From Hydrolagus colliei (Eukaryota), in the NCBI GenBank assembly GCA_035084275.1, contig CM068754.1:14322001-14386000 (forward strand): 64,000 nt of DNA. Direction: 5' to 3'. Each line of letters begins with the position of its first letter. Positions within the stretch are counted from its first letter, which is position 1. Below the pieces are notes generated by a model. The model searched no databases, was not told the origin of the DNA, and was given only the letters and a program-made list of their open reading frames with translations. The translations under genes and the position numbers were made by a program. Positions 23,167-35,009 of the stretch are shown one piece after another.

Positions 23167-25921
23167 CAGTAGAATCTCGTTAACGCGACCACCACGGGAC
23201 CACGACTAGGTGGTTGCGTTGGCGGGGTAGTTGCATTAGTGAGGTGTCGATCCCGCGATCTTAATCTGACCCTACGTGCAGTATTTGGCAGCAAATCCCC
23301 TAGTGACAGGATCGGGAACCAGTCTAGCAACGCAGAAGTGACGACACAGTAGAGTGGCGCAAAGTTTAAAAACTTTTATTGGGGATTTTTTAGTGTTTCA
23401 CTCCTCACGTTATGTTCATGTAAGGATAACAACACAGTAACTCAATCAGCTCGCACACAAACATTAATTAGACTACACTGGACCATTAATCACAGCACCT
23501 ATCAGTTTGTATGACCAAACACTGAAGAGTTCAATGTCACAAGACAATTGTCCACCAGAAGCATAGTTTTAGTCCTTTACTTTGAAAAAGTCACGTATTG
23601 AAGTCTGCTTTCGAGAACTTGCCACTAGTTCGCATAGTCCATTTTGAATTTCGTACACGGAACTTATCAAGTGGGAAGCGTTTTTTTCGAGAATAAACAA
23701 TTTTAGTTGTTCAATGCATTCCAAGGCTGATTTCATCGAAGTGATACCAGGTTTTGCACTTTCGATTTCTGTAGTGCACTCGTCATTTTCATCGTCGCTT
23801 TCATGGTCACGATCCCCGTCTACGTTTTGGTTTTCAATGAATTCATTTAAGATACGGCTTTCGAGTGTTTCGATATCGCTGTTGCATGTTTTGACATCGT
23901 TATCGCATGCTAGATCCTCCTCAACAGTGTCTCCCGTTAGACCGAGATGAACCTGGATTTTCGAAACAAGATCCGACAGAGTAACGTCTTCATCAGAGTC
24001 TAGGTTCAGGGCCTCGTCTGTCAGACCGCATGTCTGGAAGCATTTCCTTACTGTAGTTGGCTTCACTTCTTTTACTGTAGCGTTAATCCAATTGATAGCA
24101 TCAAGAACCAATACGCATTTGGAAATGTTTGCCACATGCTTCCCTTCATCCATCTTGGCCAAGACAGCTTGTAGAAGATGTCTTTGGTAATGGGCCTTGA
24201 TAGTACGGATGATGCCCTGATCAAGTGGCTGTAACTTAGAGGTGGTGTTGGCTGGAAGATAAATCATCTTCACGTTTGTCAGTACGAGGTCCTTCGGGTG
24301 GCTTGGTGCATTATCAAGCAGGAGGAGACCGTGACGGCTTTCCCTCTTCATTTTCTTATCAAAGTTTTGTATCCACTGTGTAAAGATGTCTGTCGTCATC
24401 CAGGCTTTTTTGTTATTTTCCCACGTAACCGGCAATGAACTAACATCCAGTCCCTTAAAACACTTGGCTTTCCGCATTTTCCAATAACAAATGTCTTTTC
24501 GAATTCGCCCTCCATATTTACGCAAAACAAAGCTGTCAATCGTTCCTTTGATCTTTTACAACCTTTACAATCATCCCCCTTAACCCGTAGTGTTTTGTCA
24601 GGGAGAGCTCTGTAAAAAAGCCACTCTCATCCATGTTGTAGACATCACTCAGTTTGTAATTGGCAATGAGGTCAGGTAACTTCTTCTTCCAGTCGGACAC
24701 GACAGCCTCGTCAACGAATCCACTTTCTCCACAAACCATGGCCATGTTGATATTGTGCCGCCCTTTGAATCGCTCCAACCATGCATTTGATGTTTTGAAA
24801 TCGCTTACTCCTAAAGGCTTGGCAAAACCTAGGGCTTCCTCTTGCAGAAGTGGTCCACTGATGGGCAGGTTCAGAGCTCTGGCTTGTTGAAACCACTGGT
24901 AGGTCAGCTTGTCAATGTCGTGATGATATTGATTCGATCCCGGCTTTAACCTCTTCCGATCATCCTTGACGTTGTCTTCATACGTTGCTAACCATTCTGC
25001 CTTTCTCTTTAGTATCTTCTGGACTTGAGTTTTACCAATGTTGTACATTTTTGCCAGAGCTCTCTGTGACTTCCCGTTGCTGTTGTTGATAAGTTCAACT
25101 TTCTCCCTGATGGTCAATTCCCTCGGCTTTCTCTTGGGTGTTGTTGAAGTCGCCATCTCTTGAGTCTTGTTCGCAGTGTACCCTCTCTATGCAAATCACT
25201 GTCGGTCCAGTTCGCACTGGACTGCCAATGATTTGCGTAGAGTGGGAAAACTTGCTTTGTAAATGCGAGCCGCACAAGCCATGACCAACTGTCGAGAGAT
25301 GGAGGCAGCTCAGAGCCTCATGTAGTGGGATCTTAGCTGCCAAAGTGTCAGATTCGCAATCTGGGAGCATTAACCTGGAGCCGGATCAACACCATCAAAT
25401 ACAATAATCCATCACATTGAATAAATAATCCGGAGAGAATTAGCTGGTGAGTGTAAGAATCGCGTTACCCACAAGACGTGTGCATTGCAAAAAAGAAAAG
25501 TGCGGCGAACAAAGGAATGTTGCGGGCGTTATTTGAGTAAGGTTGTTTTTGTTCCCCCAAAAATCTTTATTTTTGATTGTAAATGTGGTTGTACAGAAGT
25601 CTCTTCCATTTCACGGAGCTCCGTCTCCCCTTTCAAGTGTATGAATTGTAGTACAGTACATTGATTCTGATTTATTTTGCATGTGTGGCGCGAAGTTTTA
25701 AAAACTGTTCCCTGATTGGCCAGAGTGGTTGTGTTAGGACCATGAAAATGTTGTTTGGGATCTGCCAAATCAGTGGCCGCGGTCCGGGAACCGGGGTGGT
25801 TGCATCAGTGAGGTTTATTTAACATGCAAATGAGATAGGAAATATTCTGGACCAACTCTGACTGCTCGCCTCGGCGGGGTGGTCGGGCCACCTGAGGTGG
25901 TCGCCAACCGAGGTTCTACTG
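23167..25921 (-). mobile_element. full-length pogo/Tigger (Tc1/mariner superfamily) DNA transposon
   Basis: TA|CAGTAGAATCTCGTTAACGCGACCACC at the left end; right end reverse complement CAGTAGAACCTCGGTTGGCGACCACC; TA TSD at 23165-23166 and 25922-25923; internal transposase. Confidence 0.96.
23569..25156 (-). pseudogene. pogo/Tigger DD30D transposase with two 1-bp frameshifts
   Basis: CENP-B/psq HTH (ELTIREKVELI...SQRALAKMYNIGKTQV), Tc5 HTH (WFQQARALNLPISGPLLQEEA...WLERFKGRH), catalytic YNMDESG / LLLDNAPSH / LQPLDQGII with 30 residues between D2 and D3, acidic tail, C-terminal QTSIRDFF. An intermediate frame YRALPDKTLRVKGDDCKGCKRSKERLTALFCVNMEGEFEKTFVIGKCGKP bridges the two track ORFs. Confidence 0.95.
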
Positions 25922-26100
25922 TATATATTTTGGATATCTCTATTTCGTCTTCGCGTGTTCTGCTTATAAAAGTTTTATTATGCTGATACTGCACATGATG
26001 TTTGCAAAGCAAAAATAAATGTTCTTTTTTTTTTTCTGGGTCACTGTCAGGGCAGCTTGTTTACTGTCAAGTTTTGCATTTTTTAAAAAACCATATACAT

Positions 26101-26138
26101 TATATATAAATATATATATATATACACACACACACACA
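26101..26138. repeat. compound (TA)n(CA)n microsatellite
   Basis: Direct read. Confidence 0.9.
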
Positions 26139-26924
26139 ACAACAAAAAAGCCAACTCCGCACTATCAAATTGCTCCTAGGAAGTTTGCAATAGTTTGTTC
26201 AAGATTTTTTTTGGATGAATGCGTAATAACCCAAATAGAAGATTCTGCTTGAAGAACCTTAAATATTTCAAATACTGGATAACACGACGACAGGGGGGAA
26301 TGATTTGTCTTGTTGCAAGTCACTGTTTTTTTTTGAATAAGCGAGTTCTATTGGTACCAGCTTAACGTGTTCTAATCTGTTACCATAAATTGCTCATTTC
26401 TCTTCAACAACAAAATGATGAAACCAATTTAATGAAAAATAGCTGAATTTCGTTCCATTTCAAACTGTTATAATTTTGACACTAGCATTGAATGGAGACA
26501 AACTGCACTTCATAACGTTTCATTCCCGAAATATAGTTAAGTGCCCAGTACTACTTTTTATAGTGTAGTCAATCTGCACATGTACATATTTTATGGAAAT
26601 CTAAAGGTTATGCATTATGTATGAGTGGACTTGGACTGTATAATATGAACAGTAATATCACATCACTGCCTATCTTTTTTGACAAAAGATGTTCCTATAC
26701 AAATCAAATGTGTGCACTTTAAAAATTCACATTTTGAAAGACATATATGGTTCCACCAACGGCTAAGTTGGTAAATGTCGCTGACAAGAATGAAACTGAT
26801 GATGGGGAGAGGCTGTGACATGAAACCAAGAGAACCAGCGCCATGGTGTATCCTCCCCCATGGTGTATCCTCTGATTGTATACCAGAGAATCAACTTGCA
26901 AAGTGGAGAAAAAGTCTGATAACC

Positions 26925-27047
26925 ATGATGCTATCCCTACTCTGCCCCTCCCCCTTGCTCGGGTCCCGACCTGACTGTTCAGCGCCTTGGGACATCCTCC
27001 CGACATGAAAGGCGCTCTAGAAATTTAATTTTGTCATTGTTGTTGTT
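26925..27047 (+). mobile_element. L2-type LINE 3' end with (TTG)n tail
   Basis: ctcgggtcccgacctgactgttcagcgccttgggacatcctcccgacatgaaaggcgctctagaaatttaattttgtcattgttgttgtt; same family at 28486, 31220, 44731 and 55478. Confidence 0.75.
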
Positions 27048-27080
27048 ATCAGTGATGATCTGAGAAGCACAAATATTCTG

Positions 27081-27720
27081 ATGAGTAGACAACATGTCTT
27101 TAGAAACAAAACGTCACGCTTCACAAATCTGTTGGAGTTCTTACAGGAAATAACACAACTATTGGATGAAAGCTTTCCGGGAGGTAAAATATTCTTGGAG
27201 TTTTGTAATAGAAGAATCCTTGTATTTGATAAAACCCATAAGATCAATGTCTCACAGTGCATCACTGGTAATTATTGTCAAGTTTTGTCACTGTCTATCT
27301 GTAATGAATGTTTAATACACGACTTGGACATGTTAAAGGTCTTAGAATTGATGTCAAATTAGACGGACAGACGGACAGACAGATAAAGATGAAAGGAGGC
27401 TTCAAATTAGAAAGCAGAAAATAATGATACTGGTTGAAAGTGTTTGACAAGTGAAGTTTAGCAGAGGTCTTGATGTTTACAGTGTTGATAACCACTTTAG
27501 AGTAGAATCTTTAATATGTTTTCTTCTTGATAATATCAAGTAACATGTCCCCAAGGGGCAGCGGATGAATTTAATGCAGGTAATGGTTTTGCATATTGGA
27601 CTGGAAAACGTGGATATGATGAAAGGATACCTCCAATCAATGTTGGAGAGGAATACAACGTATGTGATTATTGATCATCACTCGAATGTGAAAGTGGTTA
27701 TCAGCGAAGCTAATCAAATA
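27081..27720 (+). mobile_element. degraded CR1 LINE reverse-transcriptase fragment
   Basis: SRQHVFRNKTSRFTNLLEFLQEITQLLDESFP..IFLEF..VFDK matches the CR1 RT motif SQHGFRKGRSCLTNLLEFFEEVT..VDEG..VYLDFQKAFDK; downstream VLHIGLEN and VISEANQIL are colinear CR1 motifs. Confidence 0.8.
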
Positions 27721-28485
27721 CTAATTTATCTCAAGGAGGTTGAGAGGAATCTGTTATTCTAACTTTGAAGATGACTGCTTTCTTTGGAGTGCTGTTGGTT
27801 TGTATGTGGTCTTGAAAATTAATCTGTGTAGATGTGGACATTATAAGAAAACAAGGATGGTTATAGATTTTGAAAGCCAAACAGGCTTTTTCAGTAACAA
27901 CAGTTAATGAACTGTGGACTTCATTCTTGACAGAATTCCACAAGCAACATTATTCTCAAACCAACTGTGTTCAGGTGAACTCCAATAATAATAACTGTTT
28001 TTATTAAATTTATTTACTACGCCCAAATTATTCATTTTTAAAATGAAGCGAAAGGAATGAAATGCAGAGAATGTGACCATCTTTAACATACATGGCAAAC
28101 CGCAAAGCAAATACATAACCATCAATAAACAAGGAAGATGAGCTGATGCTTATGTTGAATGTCACATTTTGAAGAGCCCTCAAGGGTTGTTTAATAATTG
28201 GTACACTGTATCTGTCACGTGGCCTCTACAGTGAACAATATGTTTTGGGGAAATGTGATTTGAAATGTTACTGAATTTTGCTTATTTCTTTAACTATCTA
28301 TGCAAAGCATTTATTTTTTCTTTTAGCCTAATTTATGACTATTCATTTGGCAAATAAAAGAATATTACGCGTTTTTCTTGCTAGAATTTCTCCTGCTTCA
28401 TAACTGACGATATCCCAGCTCTAGCCCCATATGAAAAATAATTAATTGCTGTGTTGCATTCTCCGGATCCGCAGACATGAATAAC

Positions 28486-28690
28486 ACAACAGCAACAACA
28501 AAAGTACACTTGTAAAGCACCTTTCACATCAGAAGGACATCCCAAGGCGCTGGACAGTCACTGTGTCAGACCCGAGCTGGGGACGGGGGTGGAGGGAAGG
28601 GGGTGGAATTAGGAGTTGCCAATGGGACCATCGAAGAGCAGAGTCTCGAGGCGGGACTTGAAGGAGGCCAGGGAGGGTGTGAGGATTTAG
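28486..28690 (-). mobile_element. L2-type LINE 3' end
   Basis: acaacagcaacaacaaaagtacacttgtaaagcacctttcacatcagaaggacatcccaaggcgctggacagtca...gaggcgggacttgaagga (reverse complement encodes SFKSRL, L2 ORF2 end). Confidence 0.8.
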
Positions 28691-29008
28691 AGCTTCAAGG
28701 GTCTACAGTCGCGATTAGAGTTTTCAACATGGCCACTCACCTGATGTTGATTGATCATATCTCTCACCTTTTTGGAACTCTATTTTTGTGCTATTTCCAC
28801 TACATATTTTGACACCAGGAATTTGTCATTGATTCACTGGCAAACGTACAACACAAATCATGATGGAACCCAGTTTCTGGCTCTACGTGCAGGTTATTTC
28901 AGGACCCGACCAGTTGATACCTGAAGAGTAAAAAAGGTACAAAGGCAGGTGTAAATTGGACTGAACTCCACTTCCTCCCCAAATGGTTTGCCCTTCCCTA
29001 TGGAGTTT

Positions 29009-29325
29009 GTGGAGTCTTGCAGCTTGTTGGTTAGAGCATTTGCCTTACAAGCGAGAGACCTGGGTTCAATTCCAGGCGGGGCACAACCTTGGGCAAGTTT
29101 CCTTACTCAATGCTCCTAATAATAATCCCTCCACAAAAAACAATAATAAATTAATCATTTCAATCCATGACTGTTTGTGGGGACACTGTTGTGTGCAATT
29201 GGCTGCTGCATTAAAGCCACATATATACAGTCAATTCACTTTACGGTATATTCTGTGAAGTGCTTTGAGACATCTAGAAGATGTGAAAAAAGCACTATAT
29301 GAAATGTAAGAATTATTATTATTAT
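29009..29325 (+). mobile_element. SINE family A, full length
   Basis: gtggagtcttgcagcttgttggttagagcatttgccttacaagcgagagacctgggttcaattccagg...gcactatatgaaatgtaagaattattattatt. Confidence 0.92.
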
Positions 29326-31219
29326 AATTAACAAAATGACAGCTTTTTATAAAATCAGTTACAGAAGATCTGATGGCTATGATAAAATCTGATTCATGGA
29401 GGACCCTCTTTAATCTCTGTTTTTACCCAACTTCTTACATTTTAACTGCCTTGCAGCTTAGTACACTGTGACTAATTTATTATTGAACATTTTAAGATAG
29501 TAAAACAATAGGCGCTGTTCTCATTTCCAAGAATACTAATTGAGTAATAAATTAGAAAAGATTACAGCATGCATCAATTTATATTCTCTTTTGGAGTTTC
29601 CATCAAAACCATTATTTGCCTATTTCAATGCAAGTTAATTACAAATTATTGCAGGTATTAAAAATACAGTTAAATAGTCCAAGTAGGTACATCAAATTAT
29701 AATCCCGATTTCATAGCAGCTCTTAACCTGAATTAATGCAATCGTTAAGCATTAATTACTAACTGGTGTCATAAGCATTGTCCATTCACCAAGGTATGAA
29801 ATACAACATTTTCAAATTTGTTAGTTTACTTATTAAGTTTTTGTGTCAACTGGAGTTTGAAAGGATTTACCATTGTAGACCCATTTGATTTGCTCCCTAA
29901 GCATCATACAGCCAGCTAGCTATGAAATTAATCTTAGTGAAAGGGGTTATTAATAATGCCAAACTAACACAATATTACATAGATTTGTTTTGAATTGCCT
30001 TTGGATTATAGGAACCTTATTGATCATGATCTTGTTGAACATTCAAACTCCTGAATAAACATGGGATCTGTGAGATTAGTACATCAGATATTTTGACCCA
30101 GCACTTTATCTATCCCAACAAACATATTGTACAACACAGTAACGTTTAGAAGTTGCTCAATCTTTCAGTAGTTTTCCAGTTTTAAGAAGGAAAAAATATG
30201 GAACATCACAAAGCCCAACCATCATCGTATAAGAATGAAATATAAACAGAAAACTCCTGATAAATTGTCAAAATGGTTCATTTTCGGATGAAAACAGCTA
30301 CAATGTCAAACTGAGCGCAATGATCAGAAGGGGAAGATGAGCAGAGTTTCGTTCGGCATCATTTTTGCCAGGAGCCAGATCGCTTTTTCAAATCACTGGG
30401 GAAAAAATGGTGAACGTAAGGAAAATCAAGATTGCAACGGTGTCTTCATTATAAAATAAACAAAGTTTGTCACATCATGTATCCCGCAAAGCAGATCTGT
30501 AAGCCCTTAAGTACCTAATGGGCACTTATTAAATGTTCACCGGTTGCCCAGCACATCTTGTTTTGCGAATCATGCATGGTAAGTTTTTGATTTATCCAAT
30601 TTCCCTGTGCCAGTGCATTGTGTTGCTTGAAGGGAAGTAAATTAATATAAATGTAAACTGCTTTTCACAGAGTTTGCTGACACGAACCACCCAGGCTCCT
30701 AATGCTTTGTCAGACAAGACAGCTCAGTTTTTCATCAAGTTGCTGGGAGACTGACAAACCTGTGCCTGTGCACTGTCTTTTACAAATAAAGACGTGTATA
30801 ATGGCCAGGATTATACATTAATGATCATGATTCTTGCGTTTGATGTAGCGCCTTTTATGTCTGTTTGCCGTCTCCAAAGGCTTAATGGGAATTTATTGTG
30901 GAGTGGAGTGTTTTTCAAATGTGTTTTTGTAGGCAAATTGATTGTATTTTTTCCATAGTCCTCTTCTTACTAGCTTTAGATTGTGCATGTATTTCACCAT
31001 GATTCCAAATGTTTTTGTTCAGCACCCAAAAGATGACTACCTCACGCTGTGTGATAGTAATTATACTGAGTAAGTCTTGCTCCTCATGTGCTTTGACACA
31101 GCTGTGCTTACAAATTGAGAAATCTTTGCTCAAAATAAGAATGAATTTTCCTAATAGGAAATCTCTCTGCCTTCAATATTTCAATTCATATTTAAGACAC
31201 ACTTAGTGTTGGTCCAAAT

Positions 31220-31282
31220 CCCTGACTGTCCAGTGCCTTGTGACACCTTCTCAACATGAAGTTGTTATACAAATGTAATTTG
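31220..31282 (+). mobile_element. L2-type tail fragment
   Basis: cctgactgtccagtgccttgtgacaccttctcaacatgaagttgttatacaaatgtaatttg. Confidence 0.6.
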
Positions 31283-31689
31283 CTTAGATCATCAAAGCCA
31301 ATGTACACAGCCTGCGCTTGTGAGTCAAATCACAACTGAACCCTGATTTAAATACTGTAAAATCCTGTTTATCCATGACCCGATCATCCGTAACTTCCAT
31401 ATAACCTGCACCTCCAAAAAAAATCCCCATTCGATCAACCAGAATTTATCCAGCACAATGTATTATTTTTTGTTTTTAATTATTATTATTTTTGTGTGTG
31501 TTTTTGGCCGAATACCCGGCACGCACTTTACAACAACAACAACTTCGATTTATTTATTTCACTTTAACCAGCATTGGCCAGATCCCAAGGGTGATTTGGA
31601 TAAATGAGCTTTTATTGTACTTCTAGAATACATTTTATTTGTATGTGGAAACTGTATGGGATGGTTATGGTCTCCTGGCTCAGCTTCGG

Positions 31690-31768
31690 GCTCCGCCATT
31701 GTTAAGCGCTCTTGAGACGCTGCTCGACGTGGAGGATGCTGTACAAACACAAGTTTGTTGTTGTTGTT
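31690..31768 (+). mobile_element. L2-type tail fragment with (TTG)n
   Basis: attgttaagcgctcttgagacgctgctcgacgtggaggatgctgtacaaacacaagtttgttgttgttgtt. Confidence 0.6.
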
Positions 31769-32534
31769 ATAGTGTGAAGCAGAATCAATAGTGAAAGCGA
31801 GACTGCAAGCCCCTCAACCACACAGTTGTATAAATATATAGGACCATTGTGTTGACGCTGTTTTAATTTGAAAAGTCAACTTTATGTAACATTGGATGCT
31901 GAGTCACTTCTAGGATAGGGTACAAAATTACTTCATGATCTTCCTTCGCTCTCCTTCAGTGTAGAGAGCACTGGAGGCAGTTTTGCGCCTCATCAGTAAA
32001 TGGTTACATTAGCCACACGTCTGTGCTTACTGCTCAGATGTAGCAAGCAAAGAGTAGAACATCGGGACAGTTCAGACAGATATAACTACTTGCTTGCTGT
32101 AAGCCTGAATTCAGCACATATGCTAGAATAATGCTTGAGTGAACCAACCACAACTTTAGTTTTTCTTAAAGCACTATTACTACATTAGTTAAATACCTTC
32201 TGTTTTCTCTCCGTCCACAACCCATGGTTTGACTCGGGTCAACTGTGTGCAGAGTAACTCCAGTGTTTTATTATTTTTTTTAAGTGACTGTTTCGTCGCT
32301 TTTATCTTCCTTTTTTCTAAAGCTTCAATACCAATTAATGCTAATCAACAAATTCCTAAACAAGGAGCTACAGAACCCATTTCAAGTCGGTCCAGTTATC
32401 TCGAGCATTGCTTAGCTAATGAAAACAAAAGTGTTAAGAGATAAGAGGGATGGGTATTGTTTGTTTTACTACAGCATCTGGACTATCTGCAGACCTCAAT
32501 CTGTCCCTGACAACTCACTGGGTCACCTTCTGGT

Positions 32535-32643
32535 CAAATATATACAGTCAATTCACTTTACAGTATATTCTGTGATGTGCTTTGGGACGTCGATAAGATG
32601 TGAAAAGCGCTATATCAAATGCAAGGATTATTATTATTATTAT
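32535..32643 (+). mobile_element. SINE family A, 5'-truncated (duplication copy 1)
   Basis: caaatatatacagtcaattcactttacagtatattctgtga...aaaagcgctatatcaaatgcaaggattattatt. Confidence 0.9.
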
Positions 32644-34900
32644 GTGTCACAGAGCCTTCGTAAAGCTAATCAGTAGTGAAGGCTGCTACTCCCCAATGTT
32701 ACACAGCATTGATGGGTGATTACACAGATGCCTGATCCAACAAAACTCTTGTTTAAGAACAAGCAGCCTTAAACCAGGCACTTAGTTGTCCAAAATATTA
32801 ATGGAGCTGATGATTTTTTTAATACACAGAATCATTGTAACATTAACATTGACGAATGCTGATGGATTGTCTGCTGACTGTTTATCGTTATCAGGACGTT
32901 CGGTGAGACTGTTTGTAAGCTATTATGTTTCATTGTATTGACGCTTAGATCCCTGTTGATGTCCGATGGCCAGCTTGAAACCAGTGAGAATGACTTTGAG
33001 ATAGAGCGCTGGTCAGAGCTAGAGGACAATGCGAATTTTTTAAAAAAAATAGAGAAATGGCAAACAAAAATGAAAATAACAAAAATGAGAAGAAAAGGGA
33101 AGAGGGAAAGGAAATCTGAAAATGACAAGAGGAATTGAATGAACTCTTTACGGTTTCAAACTCATCAAATGTAACGTCTCTAATCACCGAAAACCATGCT
33201 TGAATTTTAAACGGAAGATTTAAGTACAGTCCTTAAAAAACTAAATAAATTTCACCATTCTTATAAACGCTTGGGTTAGTGGGCAAAGCTACAACAAACT
33301 GCAAACTGATGAATGCCCATGTTCAATGCACATGTATGTAGCTGTGGTACAATTGCTGACTTACAGTCTATTAATTCACCACTGACATTTCTTCCTACTT
33401 TGCTGCAAGCATAGCAGGAAGTGATTACAACTGGATCCAATGACGGACATTTTTCTTTTAGTACAGGAAGCAGCCCACCAGCTGGGAGTGAGTGGTCAAC
33501 TTTTACGCACCCAGAGAAAACAGATGTAAAGCTGCACCTTTAGAGCATTCTCTGAATCCCAATTAACCCACTCTGATGGAGTTACACTTTACCAAGATGC
33601 AGTACAATGCAATAAATTGCTGGGGTATTTTTGTTTAGCTTGTCAAAGGCTTTGTGGTTCTATTCTTTAAAACACATTTGGAAAAGTGTACACAATCAGA
33701 AGATAAATAGAATTCAGTGTTTATTCCTTCAAAAACCTTTTGTGTAACCGACATTGTCTTGGTGATGGGAAGAAGGGAGAAAAGGCAAAATTGTAATGGA
33801 AACATAACTCAACCCATATGGAGAGGCTTTAGACGAACTAGGATTGCACTTCATGACCCTGTCTCAGATTATTTAGCTTTTGGAGAACAAGGTCTGTCCT
33901 TAGAAATTCTATTACAAAGAGTTATGTTTTTTTGTTATGACAAGAGTATTATTTAGAAGCTGATTCATAACACTTCGATCAAAATTGATAGCAAAATACT
34001 TTGTGGTGATGTATCATCAGATGTTGAGGTTATGAACATAGTTATTGGTTAATCTTTGTCTGGTGTACTGTGCCAAATTTTGTTCTACATATATACTATA
34101 GAGTTTGTCGTGTTCAGCAAACAGAAACAGAAAGTGTTTCAGGTGTGACGCTACGTCACATTTGTATCCCTAAGGTAAGCTACAGTGCTGAAAAGTTAAG
34201 TACCTCAGCTGTTTCTTCAGAGCTCTGTTAAAGTACATGCAAACCACGGAGAGCCCATCGCCAGTGTCACAGATCTGAATATTTGATGCCAATTTATATT
34301 TTAACATGAGGAGTCAAAAGGTAAGTCATAAATGCTTACATAGTTCTCGTGCAATTGCTGTAAGGAGAAAGCCATCTGTTGAAGGTAATGAGTGCAAAGC
34401 ATTCTGTGGCAAGCAAAGAGTAGAACATCGGGACAGTTCAGACAGATATAACTACTTGCTTGCTGTAAGCCTGAATTCAGCACATATGCTAGAATAATGC
34501 TTGAGTGAACCAACCACAACTTTAGTTTTTCTTAAAGCACTATTACTACATTAGTTAAATACCTTCTGTTTTCTCTCCGTCCACAACCCATGGTTTGACT
34601 CGGGTCAACTGTGTGCAGAGTAACTCCAGTGTTTTATTATTTTTTTTAAGTGACTGTTTCGTCGCTTTTATCTTCCTTTTTTCTAAAGCTTCAATACCAA
34701 TTAATGCTAATCAACAAATTCCTAAACAAGGAGCTACAGAACCCATTTCAAGTCGGTCCAGTTATCTCGAGCATTGCTTAGCTAATGAAAACAAAAGTGT
34801 TAAGAGATAAGAGGGATGGGTATTGTTTGTTTTACTACAGCATCTGGACTATCTGCAGACCTCAATCTGTCCCTGACAACTCACTGGGTCACCTTCTGGT

Positions 34901-35009
34901 CAAATATATACAGTCAATTCACTTTACAGTATATTCTGTGATGTGCTTTGGGACGTCGATAAGATGTGAAAAGCGCTATATCAAATGCAAGGATTATTAT
35001 TATTATTAT
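34901..35009 (+). mobile_element. SINE family A, 5'-truncated (duplication copy 2)
   Basis: Identical to 32535-32643. Confidence 0.9.

Noticed and set aside
23569-25156. Domesticated TIGD/CENP-B/JRK host gene
   Set aside because: Flanked by TIRs and a TA TSD and frameshifted, so it is a transposon copy; no gene symbol assigned.
29009-29085. tRNA gene (Val-TAC/Ala-like) here and at 1726, 11756, 40696, 56654, 62748
   Set aside because: A/B boxes and an anticodon-like arm are present, but there is no proper acceptor stem and each continues into SINE body, so these are SINE heads.
31352-31525. Possible Tigger-like MITE end (tactgtaaaatcctgtttatcc…)
   Set aside because: No matching second TIR or TSD found.
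31529-31768. Element bounded by inverted (caa)n/(ttg)n repeats
   Set aside because: Better explained as two oppositely oriented L2-type microsatellite tails than as TIRs.
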